This document shows positions 40,948 through 51,100 of a DNA stretch of 64,000 nt, one piece after another. This DNA comes from Rhodospirillaceae bacterium (GTDB taxonomy: Bacteria; Pseudomonadota; Alphaproteobacteria; JAEUKQ01). Under the pieces are notes generated by a model, which worked only from the letters and a program-made list of their open reading frames with translations, did no database searches and was not told the DNA's origin. The stretch is from positions 155,543 through 219,542 of the forward strand of contig JADKIX010000003.1 of the NCBI GenBank assembly GCA_016722635.1. Reading direction: 5' to 3'. Position numbers and translations under genes: made by a program. The stretch's first letter is position 1. Each line of letters opens with the position of its first letter.

Positions 40948-41994
40948 CTATTTTATTTGCACATCAGGATTAGGAATTACAAAGCCTGGTTGCTGCTGGG
41001 TAATACAATGAATACCGCCACCACCTTTGAAAATATCAATTGCAGGAACCTGAAGCACTTTTCTACCCGGATATAGTTTGCCAATAGCTTCAAAGGCCTT
41101 GTGGTCTTGATCATCTTTAAATGATGGCATGATGATTGCCCCATTTGCCAAATAAAAATTTAAATATGATAACGACATCCGACGTCCATCTGATAAATTT
41201 TGTGGGGCTGGCTGCTCTATCTCAACGATATTAAATTCTCTGCCTTTAGCATCCTTGGCTGATTTAATCCTATTAATATTTTCTTGTAAAACATGATAAT
41301 TGCCATCCCTTTTATCAGGGGTGGTCAGCATACAGAGAGCGGCTGGTTTAAAGAAACATGCAATCTCATCAACATGCCCGTCAGTATCATCATCTTGTAA
41401 ACCACCCGCTAACCATATGACCTTTTGAATTCCTAAATATTCTTTAAAAATTTCTTCAATATCTTGTTTATCCATATTAGGATTACGGTTTGGATTAAGC
41501 AAACAACTTTCCGTCGTGATCAGCGTACCCTCGCCATCCACATGGATTGCACCACCCTCCATTACCATGGGTGCGTTAAACCAACGAATTCCCAGATGGT
41601 TTAAAATAGCTTCTGAAACAAGAGCGTCTCTTTCATAACCAGGATACTTATTTCCCCAAGCGTTCCATTGCCAACGAATGGCTGCAACGCCTTTTTTCGG
41701 ATTTACCACAAAAGTTGGGCCATTGTCGCGCAACCAAGAGTCGTCGTGTAGGACTGCCAAGGTATTGACCTTGCCTTTACAACGGATAGAAACCTCAGCT
41801 ACATTTTTTGATTTAGCAATCATTGTTACAGGTTCAAACAAAGCAATTGCATGTGCAACTTCGGCATAGGCATTCCGAGCTGATTCCAAATGTTCGCCCC
41901 ATAATTCCTCACGCTCTGGCCAAGCCATCCAACATCTTGTATGATGCTGCCATTCAGCTGGCATATAAAAAGACTCATCGGTAGGGACAGTCAT
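40948..41994 (-). CDS. aguA: agmatine deiminase
   Basis: 348 aa; porphyromonas-type peptidylarginine deiminase family, C-terminal GGGIHCITQQ active-site Cys. Confidence 0.75.
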   Translation of the reverse strand: MTVPTDESFYMPAEWQHHTRCWMAWPEREELWGEHLESARNAYAEVAHAIALFEPVTMIAKSKNVAEVSIRCKGKVNTLAVLHDDSWLRDNGPTFVVNPKKGVAAIRWQWNAWGNKYPGYERDALVSEAILNHLGIRWFNAPMVMEGGAIHVDGEGTLITTESCLLNPNRNPNMDKQDIEEIFKEYLGIQKVIWLAGGLQDDDTDGHVDEIACFFKPAALCMLTTPDKRDGNYHVLQENINRIKSAKDAKGREFNIVEIEQPAPQNLSDGRRMSLSYLNFYLANGAIIMPSFKDDQDHKAFEAIGKLYPGRKVLQVPAIDIFKGGGGIHCITQQQPGFVIPNPDVQIK

Positions 41995-42042
41995 TTTGTT
42001 CCTTCAATTTTAATAAAACAACTTACTGACGGCATTCTATGC

Positions 42043-43833
42043 TTATTTCGCTTTTTTTTCAGCAGGTAAATCAAGCTTAATATGCAATTCCTTCATCCTG
42101 GCTGCAGGAACCTCTGCAGGTGCTTGCATCATTAAATCCATGGCTTGCTGATTCATCGGAAACGCGACTACTTCTCTAATATTTTTTTCTTCCGCCAACA
42201 ACATGACAATTCGATCAATACCCGGCGCTGACCCTCCATGGGGTGGTGCCCCATAACGGAAAGCGTTCAACATCCCCCCAAATCTTGCCTCCACTTCTTG
42301 GCGCGAATATCCGGCAATTTCAAAAGCTTTAAACATGATATCAGGACGATGGTTACGAATAGCTCCGCTGGATAATTCCACCCCGTTGCAAACAATATCA
42401 TATTGATAGGCTTTAATCGACAAAGGATCCTTTTGTTCTAAGGCCTCAAGCTCGCCTTGGGGCATAGAAAATGGATTGTGACAAAACTCTATTTTTCCAT
42501 TATCGGGGTTAAGCTCATACATAGGGAAATCCACAATCCAACAAAATTCAAATTTTTGGCGGTTGATTAAATCTAATTCCTCTCCCAATTTTGTGCGAAC
42601 AAGCCCGGCAATTTTAGAAATTTTATTGGCTTTTTCACAAACAAAGAAAATACTATCCCCAGGCTTCGCTTTAAACAAACTTTGCAAATGCTTTATTTTC
42701 TGCGTATCAAGATTTTTGGCTATCGGTCCTTTGGCTCCCTCGTCCGTGAAAGAAAGATAGCCAAGCCCTCCTAAACCTTGCTCACGCGCCCAGTCATTTA
42801 ATTTATCAAAAAAGCTTCTAGGTTTAGAAGCAGTATTGCTACAGTTAATCGCACGAACAGCAGAATTATTTTTAATTGCTTTTGTAAATAATTCAAAAGC
42901 TGAATCACGGAATATATCGGTAACATCCTGGATTTTAAGAGGATTACGTAAATCTGGTTTATCGGAACCATAATATAACATCGAATCATCATATGTAATT
43001 CGCGGGAAAGGCATGGAACTGACCATTTTGTCTTTTGCAAATTCTACAAATAATCCGTGTAAAACAGGTTCAATCGCCTGGAAAACATCTTCTTGGGTTA
43101 CAAAAGACATTTCAAAGTCTAACTGATAAAACTCCCCGGGAGAGCGGTCAGCCCGGCTATCTTCATCTCGAAAACAAGGGGCAATTTGAAAATATTTGTC
43201 AAATCCTGCAACCATCAGTAACTGCTTGAATTGTTGGGGCGCTTGCGGCAACGCATAAAATTTTCCTGGGTGCAACCGGCTTGGCACCAGAAAATCCCGT
43301 GCCCCTTCTGGGCTGCTTGACGTTAAAATTGGCGTTTGAAATTCAACAAAACCTTGTTTGATCATTCTTTGCCGTAAACTTGAAATAACCTTTGACCGCA
43401 ACAGAATATTATGGTGGACTTTTTCGCGCCTTAAATCCAGGAAACGATATTTTAAACGAATATCTTCATGGGCGTTTTCTTCGCTATTAACTTGCAGGGG
43501 TAGGTTTTCTGCAGAAGATAACAATTTTATATCCGATATTTTAACTTCTATATCCCCTGTGGGCAATTTTGGATTTACCGTCTCCAAAGGCCTTGCCACG
43601 ACTAGCCCCGTGACACAAATGACGCTCTCTGATTTTACGGTTTCCAATAATTTCAAATGGGCACTGGATATATCCGTCACACATTGGGTAATTCCATAAT
43701 TATCCCGTAGATCAATAAACAACAAATTGCCATGATCCCTTTTCCGGTGCACCCAACCGGATAAACGGCAAATCTTACCTATATCTGCTTTACGCAATGC
43801 CCCACATTGATGGGTACGATATTCATGCATCAA
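42043..43833 (-). CDS. aspS: aspartyl-tRNA synthetase
   Basis: 596 aa class II aaRS with OB-fold N-terminus, QSPQ motif region, GLDR. Confidence 0.9.
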   Translation of the reverse strand: MMHEYRTHQCGALRKADIGKICRLSGWVHRKRDHGNLLFIDLRDNYGITQCVTDISSAHLKLLETVKSESVICVTGLVVARPLETVNPKLPTGDIEVKISDIKLLSSAENLPLQVNSEENAHEDIRLKYRFLDLRREKVHHNILLRSKVISSLRQRMIKQGFVEFQTPILTSSSPEGARDFLVPSRLHPGKFYALPQAPQQFKQLLMVAGFDKYFQIAPCFRDEDSRADRSPGEFYQLDFEMSFVTQEDVFQAIEPVLHGLFVEFAKDKMVSSMPFPRITYDDSMLYYGSDKPDLRNPLKIQDVTDIFRDSAFELFTKAIKNNSAVRAINCSNTASKPRSFFDKLNDWAREQGLGGLGYLSFTDEGAKGPIAKNLDTQKIKHLQSLFKAKPGDSIFFVCEKANKISKIAGLVRTKLGEELDLINRQKFEFCWIVDFPMYELNPDNGKIEFCHNPFSMPQGELEALEQKDPLSIKAYQYDIVCNGVELSSGAIRNHRPDIMFKAFEIAGYSRQEVEARFGGMLNAFRYGAPPHGGSAPGIDRIVMLLAEEKNIREVVAFPMNQQAMDLMMQAPAEVPAARMKELHIKLDLPAEKKAK

Positions 43834-43943
43834 ACTGAAATCCTTCTGTTTATTAAAATATCTTTGGCTAAAATTAAGTTTCCAGATAATGTCGTGATTA
43901 TTGTTATTTCCTTATCACCTAGCAAGAAACTTTTTATCACTCT

Positions 43944-45101
43944 ATGACAAAACGTTTTATTACAACAACAGATCAGCTTATAGCCTTTTGTGAACAATTT
44001 GCCAACCAACAAATGATTGGCCTTGATACAGAATTTGTGCGTCAACACACTTTCTGGCCACAAGCTTGTTTAATGCAAGTGGCGGGGGAACATGAAGTGG
44101 CGGTTATTGATATTTTATCATCCGAGTTAAGTTTAGACCCTTTAATTAAACTATTATTTGATCAAAAGAAAATTAAAGTGTTTCATTCTGCACGCCAAGA
44201 TTTGGAAGTTTTTTGGCATTTATGGAAAAGGATACCCTCGCCAATCGCTGATACACAGGTTACAGCAATGGCTTGCGGTTTTGGGGAATCGATCAGTTAC
44301 GAGAATTTAGTACAGAAAATTATTGGTGTTCCTTTAGATAAGTCTGCAAGGGTGAGTAATTGGCTAAAACGACCCTTGTCAGTTGAGCAAATTGAATATG
44401 CGGGCAATGATGTTTTATATCTACTGCCCATTCATAAACATTTACAAAATCTTTTATCCCAACTTCAAAGAGAGAGCTGGATCGAAGATTTTATTAATGA
44501 ATTGGTGCAACCGCAAACATATATTATAAAACCCCAAGAATCGTGGAAAAAAATCGGTCTGCGTCATATTAAAAGTAAAGATTTCTTTTTATTTAAAAAC
44601 CTTTGCGCCTGGCGTGAGGAAAAAGCAGCAGCAATTGATGTTCCTAGACAACACATGATCAGCGATGATCATATTATTAAGATCTGCGAGCGACCTTCTC
44701 AAGAAATGAAAAGAATGGAGCTTTATATATTACCTCAAAAAACGAGCTCTTATAAAAATCAATTTATTGCAGAAATTTGTGAGATAATCAAAAAGCCTAA
44801 AAAGCCTTTGGAAGACCTGCCGATAGAATTCAAAAACAGTAAAAATGAATATCTTTTTCTAGTTGAACTCATCAAAATTTACATGAAAATGAAGGCAGAA
44901 AATCTAAAAATTGCTGTGCGGGTTATTGGCACGCAACAGGATATTGAAAATATGGTTTTTCACCCCACCATCCCTAATCGTTTGTTAGAAGGGTGGCGCT
45001 ATGAGATTTTTGGGGCTGACGCATTTAAAATATTACTTGGGGAGAGCGGTCTGTTAATTAAAAAAGGAATGATAGAAACCTTCTCTTTACAAAAAAACTA
45101 A
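43944..45101 (+). CDS. rnd: ribonuclease D
   Basis: DEDDy 3'-5' exonuclease domain (GLDTEF), HRDC domain. Confidence 0.8.
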   Translation: MTKRFITTTDQLIAFCEQFANQQMIGLDTEFVRQHTFWPQACLMQVAGEHEVAVIDILSSELSLDPLIKLLFDQKKIKVFHSARQDLEVFWHLWKRIPSPIADTQVTAMACGFGESISYENLVQKIIGVPLDKSARVSNWLKRPLSVEQIEYAGNDVLYLLPIHKHLQNLLSQLQRESWIEDFINELVQPQTYIIKPQESWKKIGLRHIKSKDFFLFKNLCAWREEKAAAIDVPRQHMISDDHIIKICERPSQEMKRMELYILPQKTSSYKNQFIAEICEIIKKPKKPLEDLPIEFKNSKNEYLFLVELIKIYMKMKAENLKIAVRVIGTQQDIENMVFHPTIPNRLLEGWRYEIFGADAFKILLGESGLLIKKGMIETFSLQKN

Positions 45102-45171
45102 ATTCTATAAACAAATTTTTTACTTAACCTTTTGAGCTATAAAAATATCGTCATTTAAAATAGGGTGTGTC

Positions 45172-45990
45172 ATGTATTCGGAATTACGTGGAAAAGTAGT
45201 TATTATTACGGGATCAACATCAGGAATAGGTCGAGCCATTGCTTTAGGTTTTGCTAAAAAAGGATGTAAAATTATCCTTAATGGCTTGGAAAAAGCTGAG
45301 ATAGTCAAAAAAGTGATGGATGAGGTCAATAATGTAGCCCATACAGGAAAAGATCAAAATTCTTTACACCCACAAATTTTATTCCATCCTGCAAATATGA
45401 AAAAGCCTAATGAGATTGAAGACTTGGTAAATTTTGCCGTTAAAAATTTTGGTAAAATTGATATTTTAATTAATAACGCGGGTATCCAACATGTTAGCCC
45501 GATTGAGGATTTCCCAACTGATAAGTGGCAAGACATTATTGATATTAACCTGAGTGCCTGTTTCCATATGATTAAATATTCATTGCCATTCATGATGGTA
45601 AATGGCTGGGGCCGCATTATCAATATTGTTTCTGCCCATGGTTTAGTTGCCTCCCCCTTTAAATCAGCCTATGTTGCAGCCAAACATGGCCTTATAGGTT
45701 TAACCAAAACGGTTGCCTTAGAAACGGCACAAAAAAATATCACCTGCAATGCAATTTGCCCCGGTTATGTTCGGACTAGTTTAGTTGAAAAGCAGATTTT
45801 AGATCAGGCAAAAGCACACAACATTCCGGCCGAAAAAGTGGTGGATGACATTATCCTTGCCCCGCAACCCATAAAGAAATTTGTAGAAATGGAAGACATT
45901 GCGGAAGCGGCCATTTTCTTATCACTTTCTTCCGCCCGCTCTATTACAGGTATTGCCTTACCTATTGAAGGTGGGTGGACTGCAAGGTAA
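45172..45990 (+). CDS. bdhA: 3-hydroxybutyrate dehydrogenase-like SDR
   Basis: GKVVIITGSTSGIGRAIA, NNAG, YVAAKHG. Confidence 0.65.
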   Translation: MYSELRGKVVIITGSTSGIGRAIALGFAKKGCKIILNGLEKAEIVKKVMDEVNNVAHTGKDQNSLHPQILFHPANMKKPNEIEDLVNFAVKNFGKIDILINNAGIQHVSPIEDFPTDKWQDIIDINLSACFHMIKYSLPFMMVNGWGRIINIVSAHGLVASPFKSAYVAAKHGLIGLTKTVALETAQKNITCNAICPGYVRTSLVEKQILDQAKAHNIPAEKVVDDIILAPQPIKKFVEMEDIAEAAIFLSLSSARSITGIALPIEGGWTAR

Positions 45991-46027
45991 ATAAATTGCC
46001 TTAAAAAATTTTAGACTGTAAAGGCGA

Positions 46028-48151
46028 TTATAAAGCATGTTCTTTCAGCCATATCTCAACTGTGTAAGATTGGTTGTCGCTGTCCATAACTGTAATTCTC
46101 GCAAAACCAACATCTGCGGGAGTCCAAGATATTTTACGCCGATACCTAGGAAAATCGATTTGTTGCCCATTAACAAACCATAAAAAAGGTGGCTTTCCTC
46201 CACTTATTTCCAACATAATTGATTCGATTGCCGGTTGGGTCTTAACTTCAACAACGGACTTATCAAGCGGAAAATCAATTTTTATTTGATTGGCTTGAGA
46301 ATATAAACTGTTTAAAGACACGACGTTTTTTTTGTTATTAAAAAATTTTAACGCTGTGGGTAGGTCTTCCCACTTTATTTCTTGAAAATTATCAGGTTTT
46401 TTAGGTGAGCTTGAAGACAAAACAGGAAGCTGGTTAAAAACATCAAATAAAATTGGTGCAGCTTCTTCCCGGCCAATTTGATAAGGGGAAAAAGATCCAT
46501 CCGGTCTTCCCACCCACACCCCAACCGTATAATCCTGATCATACCCAATCGCCCAAGCATCCCTAAACCCATAAGAGGTGCCCGTTTTAAAGGCCACCTC
46601 CCGCCCCTGTTTCAAATATTTGGCCGCTATCATCCCTGGGGGCGAAGGGCTATCTTGCAAAATTTGCCGTATATACCATGCGGCAATGTCACCCATCAGC
46701 CTTACCCCTTCTGTTGCGGGGATTACAGGCGCATAATTTAAAGGCTTAACCCAACCATCATTAGCAAAACCAGTATAAAGGGTTACCAATTGTTCCAAAT
46801 TAATACCAATTCCACCCAAAGCAATTGGTAATCCCGCCCGCTGAACACCTGGTGGCAAATGAAAAACAATGCCAGATTTCTTAAGAATTTCTAAGAAATG
46901 GTCTGGCCCAAGCCGTTCAAGTATTAATACAGCAGGAATATTTAAAGATAATTGTAGCGCTTTTCTAGCATTAACATTTCCATGAAAATTTCGATCGAAA
47001 TTTTGCGGCGCATAATCTCCAAAACGGACAGGCGCATCATTGATCAATGTTTCCGGATGTAGAAAAAGTTGATCGAAAGCAATCCCATAAATTAAAGGTT
47101 TTAAAGTTGAACCAGGGGAACGAATGGCGCGAACCATATCATTTTGTCCAAGAATTTTTGGGTCATAGAAATTCCCAGAGCCAACATACGCTCGTACCAA
47201 CCTTGTTTTATTTTCTACCACCAAAATAGCTAATGTTGCCCCATTTTGCAGAAACGTTTGTTTGTTTTGTGCCAACTGTTCAACACTTGTCTGAATATTA
47301 ATATCCAAAGAGGTGGGAATAATCTGAAGAAGCGCTGATTTTTCTGCTGCTTTATATAACCGATAAGATAAATGGGGGGCTAGCCTTGGTACATTAAATC
47401 GGCGATAGGGTAAAGTTTGCGCTTGCCCTTGCATTGCCTCGTCTTTGGTCAACGCATCCGCTTTTGCCAATTTATCTAAAACAAAATCCCGAATAAGTTT
47501 TGCCTTTTCTGGGAAACGATCTGGACGGGTTGACTCGGGTGATTGTGGCAAGCCTATCAGTAAGGCAATTTCCGCATCACTAAGCACGAAGGGTTCCTTA
47601 CCAAAATATAATAAAGAAGCAGCGCGAAGCCCCTGAATATTACCTCCATAAGGGGTTAAATTCAGGTACATTTCCAAAATCTCTTGCTTGCTATATCCTA
47701 ATTCTAATTGCACGGCCCGAAACATTTCAACGATTTTTGATGCAAAATTACGCGGGCGAGGTTCAAGCAACCTAGCCGTTTGCATGGTAATAGTCGATGC
47801 CCCTGAAACAATTCTGCCGTTTGTTACTAATTGCCAACTAGCCCTCAAAAGAGCAATAGGATCAATCCCTGGATGTTGAAAAAACCTTTTGTCTTCAACC
47901 ACTTGTAAGAAGCGAACAAATTTAGGATCAATTTTATCTACCTTAACAGGCAGTCGCCAATATCCGTTTTTGGTTTGATAGATATGAATTGGCTGGCCCT
48001 GATAATCCGTTACGATCACGGAATATTCCTGCAGCTTTGTCGTATCAAGCGGAAATATGAAATTTAAAATAAAGAAAACAAGCCCTGTTAAAAACAGGGC
48101 TTTTAAGACTTTAGAATATACTCGTAAAATGTTAATAAAAATCCACATCAT
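46028..48151 (-). CDS. pbpC: penicillin-binding protein 1C (transglycosylase-transpeptidase)
   Basis: 707 aa; GT51 motifs plus transpeptidase SxxK; paired with alpha-2-macroglobulin gene. Confidence 0.8.
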   Translation of the reverse strand: MMWIFINILRVYSKVLKALFLTGLVFFILNFIFPLDTTKLQEYSVIVTDYQGQPIHIYQTKNGYWRLPVKVDKIDPKFVRFLQVVEDKRFFQHPGIDPIALLRASWQLVTNGRIVSGASTITMQTARLLEPRPRNFASKIVEMFRAVQLELGYSKQEILEMYLNLTPYGGNIQGLRAASLLYFGKEPFVLSDAEIALLIGLPQSPESTRPDRFPEKAKLIRDFVLDKLAKADALTKDEAMQGQAQTLPYRRFNVPRLAPHLSYRLYKAAEKSALLQIIPTSLDINIQTSVEQLAQNKQTFLQNGATLAILVVENKTRLVRAYVGSGNFYDPKILGQNDMVRAIRSPGSTLKPLIYGIAFDQLFLHPETLINDAPVRFGDYAPQNFDRNFHGNVNARKALQLSLNIPAVLILERLGPDHFLEILKKSGIVFHLPPGVQRAGLPIALGGIGINLEQLVTLYTGFANDGWVKPLNYAPVIPATEGVRLMGDIAAWYIRQILQDSPSPPGMIAAKYLKQGREVAFKTGTSYGFRDAWAIGYDQDYTVGVWVGRPDGSFSPYQIGREEAAPILFDVFNQLPVLSSSSPKKPDNFQEIKWEDLPTALKFFNNKKNVVSLNSLYSQANQIKIDFPLDKSVVEVKTQPAIESIMLEISGGKPPFLWFVNGQQIDFPRYRRKISWTPADVGFARITVMDSDNQSYTVEIWLKEHAL

Positions 48152-48174
48152 GGTAGATGGCTTACATCATTTCC

Positions 48175-51100
48175 CTATTTTTGAAGCTTAAAAGGGTTAA
48201 TGATTATTTTTAAGATTTCTCCACGCGCCCGAATTTCAGGTTGATACATGGCCTCAATTTGTACCGCTGGCAGCATATAAGTGCCAGGGGTAATAACACG
48301 GGCCATATAGGCAACTTTAAATTTCTGACCTTCTTGCGTTGTTAAAGCCGCTACAAACCGGTCATCCAAATATTCCACATGGTCAAGCACCGAGATATCA
48401 TCCTTTAACCATTCAATATCTTTTAAGGAATTAGTATTTGCCAAACGGGAATTTTCCAATTCCAGCCCAGCTGGCAACAAATCAACAATTAGGGTTTGAT
48501 TCCAAGGTTTATGCATTGCCATCCCTTCAATAACCACTACCACGATATCGGTTTGCTTCATATTAGACAGCTCAATTTCTTTCCCGTCTAAATCATAAAA
48601 CCTTTTACTGATGATGAACCCATTTGATAGGGCAGGCAGCGGTTGAACAGGTACACCGGTAACACTAGCGGCCACCCACATTGGGCTGCCAGCATTCGTT
48701 ACCGAGAACCCTTGCTTGCTTAAATCCGCAAAACTTTGGTTAGGCAAGCTGGGTTTCAGCCCGCTCATCTTCTGCGATTGATTAACAACCACGTTTAAAG
48801 GCTCATTTTCTCCTGCCAAAGAACGGGCAGCCATAACCAGCCATACCTGCTCCTGTGTGCTTAAATAATAGCGTTTTTGCAGTAACCCAACCAAACGGTT
48901 TAGTTCGGTACTATAGTTAATGGTCGGCACTTTGCTTTCGCTGGTTAAAGAAATGATCGCGGCAAGATCACGGATAGAACTGCCATAATCAGCCCAAGAA
49001 GCAATATTGCCTTCATAACGCGCCAATGCCATTTTAAACCCGGCTGTTGCCCGTTCTTGATCGCCATAAAGCGATAAGGCAGCGGCAACATGGGCGATAG
49101 ATAAGGCATCCGGCAAAGTCTTTAGATATGTATCATAGAAATACTTAGCTGTCGAAATATCTCCAGCCCCCGTATAGGCCAAAACATATAAGGCATAAGC
49201 ACGGGAAGATAAGGCCGAAGAATTGGTCAATTGGTAATCCTCCGCATGTTTTGCCAACCACGATAGCCCTTGGCGGTAAGATAGATCAGGAACGGCAAAA
49301 CCTTTTGCTTTCGCCCTTGCCATAAACTCGATGACATAGGCCGACAACCAAGGTTCAGGATTCGAGCCGGATGACCATAACCCAAAACTACCGTCAAAAC
49401 GCTGCTTTTCTGTTAATAATTGTAAAGCCCGTTCAATTTTACCCTTAATTTCCTCAGGATTATCCGTAATACCCACATCCCATTTCTGGGCAAGCTCAAA
49501 TAAATATACTAATGGTAAAGCACGGCTGGTTATTTGTTCTAAACAACCATACGGATAACGATCCAGTTCATCTAATAAACCAGCCACATCAAAATTAGGC
49601 CTGTTACTGATCGAAGGTTTAAAGGAAACCGTTTCAGGTACAAACCTTGTAAAATAGCTGGCTTCCAATTTAAAACTTTCACCCGTATTAAGTAATTGAA
49701 CCGTCCGCTCGGTTTGGGCGGCTTGGGCAGAACGAATACGGATGGCGAATTGACGTTCCAAGCTAAAGCCATTAGGCCCCTCAACCTTTAATTTGATGGA
49801 AGCAACACCTAACTTATCGGCTTGGACGGCGATTACTTGGTTAATTTGTTGGGACTGATTGAGCTCGGTTTGAAAAACCGCTTGTTGCTCACTCAGCTGG
49901 ATCTCTTTCCCTGGGCTGGTGAGCGATATTTTATATAACCCAGGAAGGGCATCCATATTTTGGATGGACAGGACAAACTGACTTTTATCCCCTAATGCCA
50001 AAAATCTTGGCATATTCATCGTTGTAACCAACGGCGAACGCACAATAAGGTTAGCACTGGCAGAGCCCACCTTATCTTGGGTATGCACAACCGCCATAAT
50101 CCTGAGTTTGCCATTATAATCCGGCAAATCAAATTTAACAGCGGCATTCCCTTGGGCATCTACCTGCACCATCCCAGAATACAAAGCAACCAGTTTAACT
50201 AGGGAAGGTGCGCCTTTTTCAGCTGACGCATCCCCACCCTCACGAATCTGTCCCCGACGCCTAGACTTTCCGTCAATCAATTGGCCGTATAAATCACGTA
50301 GATCAACCCCCAGCATCCGTCGGCCAAAAAAGTACTGAAGCGGATCGGGACTTACGAAATCCGTCAGGCTTAAGACCCCTTCATCGACAGCGGCCACCGT
50401 TATAAAAGCGGGCTGGCCATTTTGAAGCCCGGAAACTTTTACAGGAATAGTTATCTGTTGATTAGGTTCAACCTTGTCTGGAACACTGATGCTAACCCCA
50501 ATTTTATAAACATCTTTATTTAATCCCAACCAAGCAACTCCAATTGCACGGCCAGGACCTTTATCAGCCGTACTGCCAGGACGGAAAGCAGTGGCCACAA
50601 TATATGCCCCTGCGCCCCAATCTTTACTGACAGGGATTTCAACCACTACACCTTCTGGGGAAACAGCAACATTTTGGCTGCTAATGATTTTATCTGTTGC
50701 CACATTTAACAAAAGCTCGCCCTTAAATGGGGCGCGAATGGATATTTTTGCTTTTTCACCGGGTAGATAGGATGGTTTATCCGCGGCAATCTCTAATTTA
50801 TCCGGGGTATCCGCACTTTCTAGACCCCACCCCCAACCCGCATATAAGCGTATGCTGGAAGCGGATGTACCCTCTTCATTAAAAACTTCCAGGCGGTAGC
50901 GTCCCCAGCCAAATTTTGTTGATAAAATAGCAGGTGCATTTTCTGAACCCGACAACTTCCCGCTACCTACTTCTTCTTCTTGGATGGAGACTTTATAATC
51001 CCAATATCCAGAGTGATAAAACCATTGATAACGATAGTTTTCTTTTACCAAACGCCATTTTAGGTTGTCAAAATTCTGCTGTTTGCCATTTTGGCCAACC